A stretch of DNA of 64,000 nucleotides from the NCBI RefSeq assembly GCF_009914755.1, contig NC_060944.1; one strand, 5' to 3'. A program made the position numbers and the translations under genes. Origin of the DNA: the human T2T-CHM13v2.0 reference genome, Homo sapiens. The notes under the pieces are model-generated. The model saw only the letters and a list, made by a program, of their open reading frames with translations. It searched no databases and was not told the origin of the DNA. How positions within the stretch are numbered: the stretch's first letter is position 1; the number at the start of each line of letters is the position of its first letter. This document shows positions 1 to 11,293 of this stretch, one piece after another.

Positions 1-201
1 TGGAAGTGGACATTTGGAGCGCTTTCAGGTCTACGGTGAAAAAGGAGATATCTTCCAATAAAAACTAGATAGAAGCAATGTCAGAACTTTTTTCATGATG
101 TATCTACTCAGCAAACAGAGTTGAACCTTTCTTTTGAGAGAGCAGTTTTGAAACACTCTTTTTGTGGAATATGCAAGTGGGTATTAGGCCAGCTTGGAGG
201 A

Positions 202-218
202 TTTCGTTGGAAACGGGA
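202..218 (+). promoter_or_regulatory. CENP-B box (M1); recurs in every unit, mutated in U12 and U19
   Basis: tttcgttggaaacggga matches YTTCGTTGGAARCGGGA. Confidence 0.95.
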
Positions 219-539
219 ATACGTATAAAAAGCAGACAGCAGCATTGTCAGAAACTACTTTGTGATGTTTGCATTCAAGTCACAGAATTGAACACTCCCT
301 TTCACAGAGCAGGTTTGAAACACTCTTTTTGTAGTGTCTGTAAGTGAACATTTGGATTGCTTTCAGGCCTAAGGTGAAAAAGGAAATATCTTCCCATAAA
401 AACTAGACAGAAGCATTCTCAGAAACTTGTTTGTGATGTGTGCCCTCTACTGACAGAGTTGAACCTTTCTTTGCAAAGAGCAGTTTTGAAACACTCTTTT
501 TGTAGAATCTGCAAGAGGATATTTGGATAGCTTTGAGGA

Positions 540-556
540 TTTCTTGGGAAACGGGA
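540..556 (+). promoter_or_regulatory. Degenerate, predicted non-binding CENP-B box (M3), degenerate in all units
   Basis: tttcttgggaaacggga: the essential TTCG is changed to TTCT. Confidence 0.85.
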
Positions 557-881
557 ATGTCTTCAGATAAACTCTAGACAGAAGCATTCTCAGAAACTTC
601 TTTGGGATGTTTCAATTGAAGTCACAGTGTTGAACATTCCCTTTCACAGAGCAGGTTTGAAACACTCTTTTTGTAGTGTCTATAAGTGAACATTTGGCGT
701 GCTTTCAGGCCTAACGTGAAAAAGGAAATATCTTCCCATAAAAACTAGACAGAAGCATTCTCAGAAACTTGTTCTTGATGTGTCCCCTCTACTGACAGAG
801 TTGAACCTTTCTTTGCAAAGAGCAGCTTTGAAACACTCTTTTTGTAGAATCTGCAAGAGGATATTTGGATAGCTTGGAGGA

Positions 882-898
882 TTTCGTTGGAAACGGGT
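882..898 (+). promoter_or_regulatory. CENP-B box (M5)
   Basis: tttcgttggaaacgggt: the nine essential bases (TTCG, A, CGGG) are intact. Confidence 0.9.
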
Positions 899-1222
899 AT
901 GTCTTCAGATAAACTCTAGACAGAAGCATTCTCAGAAACTTCTTTGGGATGTTGCATTCAAGTCACAGAGTAGAACATTCCCATTCATAGAGCAGATTTG
1001 AAACACTCTTTTTGTAGTATCTGGAAGTGGACATTTGGAGCGCTTTCAGGCCTATGTTGAAAAAGGAAATATCTTCCCATAAAAACTAGACGGAAGCATT
1101 CTCAGAAACTTATTTGTGATGTGTTTGCTCAACTAACAGGATTGAACCATCGTTTTGAAGGAGCAGTTTTGAAACACTGTTTTCGTGGAATCTGCAAGTG
1201 GATATTTGGCTAGCTTTGAGGA

Positions 1223-1239
1223 TTTCGTTGGAAACGGGA
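1223..1239 (+). promoter_or_regulatory. CENP-B box (M7)
   Basis: tttcgttggaaacggga. Confidence 0.95.
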
Positions 1240-1560
1240 TTACATATAAAAAGGAGACAGCAGCATTCTCAGAAACTTCTTTGTGATGTCTGCATTCAAT
1301 TCACAGAGTTGAGCATTCCCTTTCATAGAGCAGGTTGGAAACACTCTTTTTGTAGTATCTGGATGAGGACATTTGGAGCGCTTTCAGGCGTATGGTGAAA
1401 AAGGAAATATCTTCCCGTAAAAACTAGACAGAAGCATTCTCAGAAGTTTATTTGTGATGTGTGCCCTCAACTAACAGAGTTGAACCTTTCTTTTGATAGA
1501 GCAGTTTTGAAACACTCTTTTTGTAAAATCTGCAAGAGGATATTTGGATAGCTTTGAGGA

Positions 1561-1577
1561 TTTCGTTGCAAACGGGA
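1561..1577 (+). promoter_or_regulatory. CENP-B box (M9), variant at a non-essential position
   Basis: tttcgttgcaaacggga: TTCG, A10 and CGGG retained. Confidence 0.85.
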
Positions 1578-1902
1578 ATGGCTTCATATAAACTCTAGAC
1601 AGAAGCATTCTCAGAAACTTCGTTGGGATGTTTCGATTGAAGTCCCAGTGTTGAACATTCCCTTTTATAGAGCAGGTTGGAAACACTCTTTCTGCATTCC
1701 CTGGAAGTGGACATTTGGAGCGCTTTCAGGACGACGGTGAAAATGGAAATATCTTCCAAGAAAATCTAGATAGAAGCAACGTCAGAAACTTTTATGTGAT
1801 GGATCTACTCAGCTAACAGAGTTGAACCTTTCTTTTGAGAGAGCAGTTTTGCAACACTCTTTTTGTGGAATATGCAAGTGGATATTAGGGCAGCTTTGAG
1901 GA

Positions 1903-1919
1903 TTTCGTTGGAAACGGGA
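1903..1919 (+). promoter_or_regulatory. CENP-B box (M11)
   Basis: tttcgttggaaacggga. Confidence 0.95.
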
Positions 1920-2240
1920 ATACATGTAAAAAGCAGACAGCAGCATTCTCAGAAACTTCTTTGTGATGTTTGCATTGAAGTCACAGAGTTGAACATTCCC
2001 TTTGAGAGAGCAGGTTTGAAACACGCCTTTTGTCATATCTGGAAGTGTCCATTCGGAGCGCATTCAGGCTTGTGTTGAAAAAGGAAATATCCTCCCATAA
2101 AAACTAGACAGAAGCATTCTCAGAAACTTATCTGTGATGTATGTACTCAACTAACAGAACTAAACCATCGTTTTGAAGGAGCAGTTTTGAAACACTCTTT
2201 TTGCGGAATCTGCAAGTGGATATTTGGCTAGCTGGGAGGA

Positions 2241-2257
2241 TTTCGTTGGAAACGGGA
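2241..2257 (+). promoter_or_regulatory. CENP-B box (M13)
   Basis: tttcgttggaaacggga. Confidence 0.95.
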
Positions 2258-2407
2258 TTACATACAAAAAGCAGACAGCAGCATTCTCAGAAACTTCTTT
2301 GTGATGTTTGCATTCAAGTCACAGAGTTGAACATTCCCTTTCATAGAGCAGGTTTGAAACACTCTTTTTGTAGTATCTGGATGTGGACATTTGGATCGCT
2401 TTCAGGC

Positions 2408-2424
2408 CTATGGTGAAAAAGGAA
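2408..2424 (+). promoter_or_regulatory. pJ-alpha (A-box) motif in A-type monomer M14; related motifs occur in the other even-numbered monomers
   Basis: ctatggtgaaaaaggaa sits at the monomer position homologous to the CENP-B box. Confidence 0.8.
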
Positions 2425-2578
2425 ATATCTTCCCATGAAAACTAGACAGAAGCATTCTCAGAAACTTATTTGTGATGTGTGCCCTCAACTGACAGTGTTG
2501 AACCTTTGTTTTGATAGAGCAGTTCTGAAACACACTTTTTGTAAAATCTGCAAGAGGATATTTGGATAGCTTTGAGGA

Positions 2579-2595
2579 TTTCGTTGGAAACGGGA
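2579..2595 (+). promoter_or_regulatory. CENP-B box (M15)
   Basis: tttcgttggaaacggga. Confidence 0.95.
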
Positions 2596-2794
2596 ATGTC
2601 TTCATGTAAACTCTAGACAGAAGCATTCTCAGAAACTGCTTTGGGATGTTTCAATTGAAGTCCCAGTGTTGAACATTCCCTTTCATAGAGCAGGTTTGAA
2701 ACACTCTTTTTGTACTATCTGGAAGTGGACATTTGGAGCGCTTTCAGGTCTACGGTGAAAAAGGAGATATCTTCCAATAAAAACTAGATAGAAG

Positions 2795-5700
2795 CAATGT
2801 CAGAACTTTTTTCATGATGTATCTACTCAGCAAACAGAGTTGAACCTTTCTTTTGAGAGAGCAGTTTTGAAACACTCTTTCTGTGGAATATGCAAGTGGG
2901 TATTAGGCCAGCTTGGAGGATTTCGTTGGAAACGGGAATACGTATAAAAAGCAGACAGCAGCATTGTCAGAAACTACTTTGTGATGTTTGCATTCAAGTC
3001 ACAGAATTGAACACTCCCTTTCACAGAGCAGGTTTGAAACACTCTTTTTGTAGTGTCTGTAAGTGAACATTTGGATTGCTTTCAGGCCTAAGGTGAAAAA
3101 GGAAATATCTTCCCATAAAAACTAGACAGAAGCATTCTCAGAAACTTGTTTGTGATGTGTGCCCTCTACTGACAGAGTTGAAACTTTCTTTGCAAAGAGC
3201 AGTTTTGAAACACTCTTTTTGTAGAATCTGCAAGAGGATATTTGGATAGCTTTGAGGATTTCTTGGGAAACGGGAATGTCTTCAGATAAACTCTAGACAG
3301 AAGCATTCTCAGAAACTTCTTTGGGATGTTTCAATTGAAGTCACAGTGTTGTACATTCCCTTTCACAGAGCAGGTTTGAAACACTCTTTTTGTAGTGTCT
3401 ATAAGTGAACATTTGGCGTGATTTCAGGCCTAACGTGAAAAAGGAAATATCTTCCCATAAAAACTAGACAGAAGCATTCTCAGAAACTTGTTCTTGATGT
3501 GTGCCCTCTACTGACAGAGTTGAACCTTTCTTTGCAAAGAGCAGTTTTGAAACACTCTTTTTGTAGAATCTGCAAGAGGATATTTGGATAGCTTTGAGGA
3601 TTTCTTGGGAAACGGGAATGTCTTCAGATAAACTCTAGACAGAAGCATTCTCAGAAACTTCTTTGGGATGTTTCAATTGAAGTCACAGTGTTGAACATTC
3701 CCTTTCACAGAGCAGGTTTGAAACACTCTTTTTGTAGTGTCTATAAGTGAACATTTGGCGTGCTTTCAGGCCTAACGTGAAAAAGGAAATATCTTCCCAT
3801 AAAAACTGGACAGAAGCATTCTCAGAAACTTGTTCTTGATGTGTCCCCTCTACTGACAGAGTTGAACCTTTCTTTGCAAAGAGCAGCTTTGAAACACTCT
3901 TTTTGTAGAATCTGCAAGAGGATATTTGGATAGCTTGGAGGATTTCGTTGGAAACGGGTATGTCTTCAGATAAACTCTAGACAGAAGCATTCTCAGAAAC
4001 TTCTTTGGGATGTTGCATTCAAGTCACAGAGTAGAACATTCCCATTCATAGAGCAGATTTGAAACACTCTTTTTGTAGTATCTGGAAGTGGACATTTGGA
4101 GCGCTTTCAGGCCTATGTTGAAAAAGGAAATATCTTCCCATAAAAACTAGACGGAAGCATTCTCAGAAACTTATTTGTGATGTGTTTGCTCAACTAACAG
4201 GATTGAACCATCGTTTTGAAGGAGCAGTTTTGAAACACTGTTTTCGTGGAATCTGCAAGTGGATATTTGGCTAGCTTTGAGGATTTCGTTGGAAACGGGA
4301 TTACATATAAAAAGGAGACAGCAGCATTCTCAGAAACTTCTTTGTGATGTCTGCATTCAATTCACAGAGTTGAGCATTCCCTTTCATAGAGCAGGTTGGA
4401 AACACTCTTTTTGTAGTATCTGGATGAGGACATTTGGAGCGCTTTCAGGCGTATGGTGAAAAAGGAAATATCTTCCCGTAAAAACTAGACAGAAGCATTC
4501 TCAGAAGTTTATTTGTGATGTGTGCCCTCAACTAACAGAGTTGAACCTTTCTTTTGATAGAGCAGTTTTGAAACACTCTTTTTGTAAAATCTGCAAGAGG
4601 ATATTTGGATAGCTTTGAGGATTTCGTTGCAAACGGGAATGGCTTCATATAAACTCTAGACAGAAGCATTCTCAGAAACTTCGTTGGGATGTTTCGATTG
4701 AAGTCCCAGTGTTGAACATTCCCTTTTATAGAGCAGGTTGGAAACACTCTTTCTGCATTCCCTGGAAGTGGACATTTGGAGCGCTTTCAGGACGACGGTG
4801 AAAATGGAAATATCTTCCAAGAAAATCTAGATAGAAGCAACGTCAGAAACTTTTATGTGATGGATCTACTCAGCTAACAGAGTTGAACCTTTCTTTTGAG
4901 AGAGCAGTTTTGCAACACTCTTTTTGTGGAATATGCAAGTGGATATTAGGGCAGCTTTGAGGATTTCGTTGGAAACGGGAATACATGTAAAAAGCAGACA
5001 GCAGCATTCTCAGAAACTTCTTTGTGATGTTTGCATTGAAGTCACAGAGTTGAACATTCCCTTTGAGAGAGCAGGTTTGAAACACGCCTTTTGTCATATC
5101 TGGAAGTGTCCATTCGGAGCGCATTCAGGCTTGTGTTGAAAAAGGAAATATCCTCCCACAAAAACTAGACAGAAGCATTCTCAGAAACTTATCTGTGATG
5201 TATGTACTCAACTAACAGAACTAAACCATCGTTTTGAAGGAGCAGTTTTGAAACACTCTTTTTGCGGAATCTGCAAGTGGATATTTGGCTAGCTGGGAGG
5301 ATTTCGTTGGAAACGGGAGTACATACAAAAAGCAGAGAGCAGCATTCTCAGAAACTTCTTTGTGATGTTTGCATTCAAGTCACAGAGTTGAACATTCCCT
5401 TTCATAGAGCAGGTTTGAAACACTCTTTTTGTAGTATCTGGATGTGGACATTTGGATCGCTTTCAGGCCTATGGTGAAAAAGGAAATATCTTCCCATGAA
5501 AACTAGACAGAAGCATTCTCAGAAACTTATTTGTGATGTGTGCCCTCAACTGACAGTGTTGAACCTTTGTTTTGATAGAGCAGTTCTGAAACACACTTTT
5601 TGTAAAATCTGCAAGAGGATATTTGGATAGCTTTGAGGATTTCGTTGGAAACGGGAATGTCTTCATGTAAACTCTGGACAGAAGCATTCTCAGAAACTGC

Positions 5701-5855
5701 TTTGGGATGTTTCAATTGAAGTCCCAGTGTTGAACATTCCCTTTCATAGAGCAGGTTTGAAACACTCTTTTTGTACTATCTGGAAGTGGACATTTGGAGC
5801 GCTTTCAGGTCTACGGTGAAAAAGGAGATATCTTCCAATAAAAACTAGATAGAAG
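2795..5855 (+). repeat. HOR unit U2, 18-mer variant (3061 bp, extra M3-M4 dimer)
   Basis: 342 bp longer than canonical; two consecutive monomer pairs containing tttcttgggaaacggga. Confidence 0.95.
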
Positions 5856-8800
5856 CAATGTCAGAACTTTTTTCATGATGTATCTACTCAGCAAACAGAG
5901 TTGAACCTTTCTTTTGAGAGAGCAGTTTTGAAACACTCTTTTTGTGGAATATGCAAGTGGGTATTAGGCCAGCTTGGAGGATTTCGTTGGAAACGGGAAT
6001 ACGTATAAAAAGCAGACAGCAGCATTGTCAGAAACTACTTTGTGATGTTTGCATTCAAGTCACAGAATTGAACACTCCCTTTCACAGAGCAGGTTTGAAA
6101 CACTCTTTTTGTAGTGTCTGTAAGTGAACATTTGGATTGCTTTCAGGCCTAAGGTGAAAAAGGAAATATCTTCCCATAAAAACTAGACAGAAGCATTCTC
6201 AGAAACTTGTTTGTGATGTGTGCCCTCTACTGACAGAGTTGAACCTTTCTTTGCAAAGAGCAGTTTTGAAACACTCTTTTTGTAGAATCTGCAAGAGGAT
6301 ATTTGGATAGCTTTGAGGATTTCTTGGGAAACGGGAATGTCTTCAGATAAACTCTAGACAGAAGCATTCTCAGAAACTTCTTTGGGATGTTTCAATTGAA
6401 GTCACAGTGTTGAACATTCCCTTTCACAGAGCAGGTTTGAAACACTCTTTTTGTAGTGTCTATAAGTGAACATTTTTCGTGCTTTCAGGCCTAACGTGAA
6501 AAAGGAAATATCTTCCCATAAAAACTAGACAGAAGCATTCTCAGAAACTTGTTCTTGATGTGTCCCCTCTACTGACAGAGTTGAACCTTTCTTTGCAAAG
6601 AGCAGCTTTGAAACACTCTTTTTGTAGAATCTGCAAGAGGATATTTGGATAGCTTGGAGGATTTCGTTGGAAACGGGTATGTCTTCAGATAAACTCTAGA
6701 CAGAAGCATTCTCAGAAACTTCTTTGGGATGTTGCATTCAAGTCACAGAGTAGAACATTCCCATTCATAGAGCAGATTTGAAACACTCTTTTTGTAGTAT
6801 CTGGAAGTGGACATTTGGAGCGCTTTCAGGCCTATGTTGAAAAAGGAAATATCTTCCCATAAAAACTAGACGGAAGCATTCTCAGAAACTTATTTGTGAT
6901 GTGTTTGCTCAACTAACAGGATTGAACCATCGTTTTGAAGGAGCAGTTTTGAAACACTGTTTTCGTGGAATCTGCAAGTGGATATTTGGCTAGCTTTGAG
7001 GATTTCGTTGGAAACGGGATTACATATAAAAAGGAGACAGCAGCATTCTCAGAAACTTCTTTGTGATGTCTGCATTCAATTCACAGAGTTGAGCATTCCC
7101 TTTCATAGAGCAGGTTGGAAACACTCTTTTTGTAGTATCTGGATGAGGACATTTGGAGCGCTTTCAGGCGTATGGTGAAAAAGGAAATATCTTCCCGTAA
7201 AAACTAGACAGAAGCATTCTCAGAAGTTTATTTGTGATGTGTGCCCTCAACTAACAGAGTTGAACCTTTCTTTTGATAGAGCAGTTTTGAAACACTCTTT
7301 TTGTAAAATCTGCAAGAGGATATTTGGATAGCTTTGAGGATTTCGTTGCAAACGGGAATGGCTTCATATAAACTCTAGACAGAAGCATTCTCAGAAACTT
7401 CGTTGGGATGTTTCGATTGAAGTCCCAGTGTTGAACATTCCCTTTTATAGAGCAGGTTGGAAACACTCTTTCTGCATTCCCTGGAAGTGGACATTTGGAG
7501 CGCTTTCAGGACGACGGTGAAAATGGAAATATCTTCCAAGAAAATCTAGATAGAAGCAACGTCAGAAACTTTTATGTGATGGATCTACTCAGCTAACAGA
7601 GTTGAACCTTTCTTTTGAGAGAGCAGTTTTGCAACACTCTTTTTGTGGAATATGCAAGTGGATATTAGGGCAGCTTTGAGGATTTCGTTGGAAACGGGAA
7701 TACATGTAAAAAGCAGACAGCAGCATTCTCAGAAACTTCTTTGTGATGTTTGCATTGAAGTCACAGAGTTGAACATTCCCTTTGAGAGAGCAGGTTTGAA
7801 ACACGCCTTTTGTCATATCTGGAAGTGTCCATTCGGAGCGCATTCAGGCTTGTGTTGAAAAAGGAAATATCCTCCCATAAAAACTAGACAGAAGCATTCT
7901 CAGAAACTTATCTGTGATGTATGTACTCAACTAACAGAACTAAACCATCGTTTTGAAGGAGCAGTTTTGAAACACTCTTTTTGCGGAATCTGCAAGTGGA
8001 TATTTGGCTAGCTGGGAGGATTTCGTTGGAAACGGGAGTACATACAAAAAGCAGAGAGCAGCATTCTCAGAAACTTCTTTGTGATGTTTGCATTCAAGTC
8101 ACAGAGTTGAACATTCCCTTTCATAGAGCAGGTTTGAAACACTCTTTTTGTAGTATCTGGATGTGGACATTTGGATCGCTTTCAGGCCTATGGTGAAAAA
8201 GGAAATATCTTCCCATGAAAACTAGACAGAAGCATTCTCAGAAACTCATTTGTGATGTGTGCCCTCAACTGACAGTGTTGAACCTTTGTTTTGATAGAGC
8301 AGTTCTGAAACACACTTTTTGTAAAATCTGCAAGAGGATATTTGGATAGCTTTGAGGATTTCGTTGGAAACGGGAATGTCTTCATGTAAACTCTGGACAG
8401 AAGCATTCTCAGAAACTGCTTTGGGATGTTTCAATTGAAGTCCCAGTGTTGAACATTCCCTTTCATAGAGCAGGTTTGAAACACTCTTTTTGTACTATCT
8501 GGAAGTGGACATTTGGAGCGCTTTCAGGTCTACGGTGAAAAAGGAGATATCTTCCAATAAAAACTAGATAGAAGCAATGTCAGAACTTTTTTCATGATGT
8601 ATCTACTCAGCAAACAGAGTTGAACCTTTCTTTTGAGAGAGCAGTTTTGAAACACTCTTTTTGTGGAATATGCAAGTGGGTATTAGGCCAGCTTGGAGGA
8701 TTTCGTTGGAAACGGGAATACGTATAAAAAGCAGACAGCAGCATTGTCAGAAACTACTTTGTGATGTTTGCATTCAAGTCACAGAATTGAACACTCCCTT

Positions 8801-11293
8801 TCACAGAGCAGGTTTGAAACACTCTTTTTGTAGTGTCTGTAAGTGAACATTTGGATTGCTTTCAGGCCTAAGGTGAAAAAGGAAATATCTTCCCATAAAA
8901 ACTAGACAGAAGCATTCTCAGAAACTTGTTTGTGATGTGTGCCCTCTACTGACAGAGTTGAACCTTTCTTTGCAAAGAGCAGTTTTGAAACACTCTTTTT
9001 GTAGAATCTGCAAGAGGATATTTGGATAGCTTTGAGGATTTCTTGGGAAACGGGAATGTCTTCAGATAAACTCTAGACAGAAGCATTCTCAGAAACTTCT
9101 TTGGGATGTTTCAATTGAAGTCACAGTGTTGAACATTCCCTTTCACAGAGCAGGTTTGAAACACTCTTTTTGTAGTGTCTATAAGTGAACATTTGGCGTG
9201 CTTTCAGGCCTAACGTGAAAAAGGAAATATCTTCCCATAAAAACTAGACAGAAGCATTCTCAGAAACTTGTTCTTGATGTGTCCCCTCTACTGACAGAGT
9301 TGAACCTTTCTTTGCAAAGAGCAGCTTTGAAACACTCTTTTTGTAGAATCTGCAAGAGGATATTTGGATAGCTTGGAGGATTTCGTTGGAAACGGGTATG
9401 TCTTCAGATAAACTCTAGACAGAAGCATTCTCAGAAACTTCTTTGGGATGTTGCATTCAAGTCACAGAGTAGAACATTCCCATTCATAGAGCAGATTTGA
9501 AACACTCTTTTTGTAGTATCTGGAAGTGGACATTTGGAGCGCTTTCAGGCCTATGTTGAAAAAGGAAATATCTTCCCATAAAAACTAGACGGAAGCATTC
9601 TCAGAAACTTATTTGTGATGTGTTTGCTCAACTAACAGGATTGAACCATCGTTTTGAAGGAGCAGTTTTGAAACACTGTTTTCGTGGAATCTGCAAGTGG
9701 ATATTTGGCTAGCTTTGAGGATTTCGTTGGAAACGGGATTACATATAAAAAGGAGACAGCAGCATTCTCAGAAACTTCTTTGTGATGTCTGCATTCAATT
9801 CACAGAGTTGAGCATTCCCTTTCATAGAGCAGGTTGGAAACACTCTTTTTGTAGTATCTGGATGAGGACATTTGGAGCGCTTTCAGGCGTATGGTGAAAA
9901 AGGAAATATCTTCCCGTAAAAACTAGACAGAAGCATTCTCAGAAGTTTATTTGTGATGTGTGCCCTCAACTAACAGAGTTGAACCTTTCTTTTGATAGAG
10001 CAGTTTTGAAACACTCTTTTTGTAAAATCTGCAAGAGGATATTTGGATAGCTTTGAGGATTTCGTTGCAAACGGGAATGGCTTCATATAAACTCTAGACA
10101 GAAGCATTCTCAGAAACTTCGTTGGGATGTTTCGATTGAAGTCCCAGTGTTGAACATTCCCTTTTATAGAGCAGGTTGGAAACACTCTTTCTGCATTCCC
10201 TGGAAGTGGACATTTGGAGCGCTTTCAGGACGACGGTGAAAATGGAAATATCTTCCAAGAAAATCTAGATAGAAGCAACGTCAGAAACTTTTATGTGATG
10301 GATCTACTCAGCTAACAGAGTTGAACCTTTCTTTTGAGAGAGCAGTTTTGCAACACTCTTTTTGTGGAATATGCAAGTGGATATTAGGGCAGCTTTGAGG
10401 ATTTCGTTGGAAACGGGAATACATGTAAAAAGCAGACAGCAGCATTCTCAGAAACTTCTTTGTGATGTTTGCATTGAAGTCACAGAGTTGAACATTCCCT
10501 TTGAGAGAGCAGGTTTGAAACACGCCTTTTGTCATATCTGGAAGTGTCCATTCGGAGCGCATTCAGGCTTGTGTTGAAAAAGGAAATATCCTCCCATAAA
10601 AACTAGACAGAAGCATTCTCAGAAACTTATCTGTGATGTATGTACTCAACTAACAGAACTAAACCATCGTTTTGAAGGAGCAGTTTTGAAACACTCTTTT
10701 TGCGGAATCTGCAAGTGGATATTTGGCTAGCTGGGAGGATTTCGTTGGAAACGGGATTACATACAAAAAGCAGACAGCAGCATTCTCAGAAACTTCTTTG
10801 TGATGTTTGCATTCAAGTCACAGAGTTGAACATTCCCTTTCATAGAGCAGGTTTGAAACACTCTTTTTGTAGTATCTGGATGTGGACATTTGGATCGCTT
10901 TCAGGCCTATGGTGAAAAAGGAAATATCTTCCCATGAAAACTAGACAGAAGCATTCTCAGAAACTTATTTGTGATGTGTGCCCTCAACTGACAGTGTTGA
11001 ACCTTTGTTTTGATAGAGCAGTTCTGAAACACACTTTTTGTAAAATCTGCAAGAGGATATTTGGATAGCTTTGAGGATTTCGTTGGAAACGGGAATGTCT
11101 TCATGTAAACTCTAGACAGAAGCATTCTCAGAAACTGCTTTGGGATGTTTCAATTGAAGTCCCAGTGTTGAACATTCCCTTTCATAGAGCAGGTTTGAAA
11201 CACTCTTTTTGTACTATCTGGAAGTGGACATTTGGAGCGCTTTCAGGTCTACGGTGAAAAAGGAGATATCTTCCAATAAAAACTAGATAGAAG
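5856..11293 (+). repeat. HOR units U3-U4, two canonical 16-mers (starts 5856, 8575)
   Basis: 2719-bp spacing. Confidence 0.95.

Larger units (their letters stand above)
76..2794 (+). repeat. HOR unit U1, canonical 16-mer (2719 bp)
   Basis: Monomer starts at 76, 243, 414, 585, 756, 927, 1097, 1264, 1435, 1606, 1777, 1944, 2115, 2282, 2453, 2624; next M1 at 2795. Confidence 0.95.

Noticed and set aside
1618-1634. cttcgttggg at the start of M10, resembling an extra CENP-B box
   Set aside because: Only the 5' half matches; A10 and CGGG are absent.
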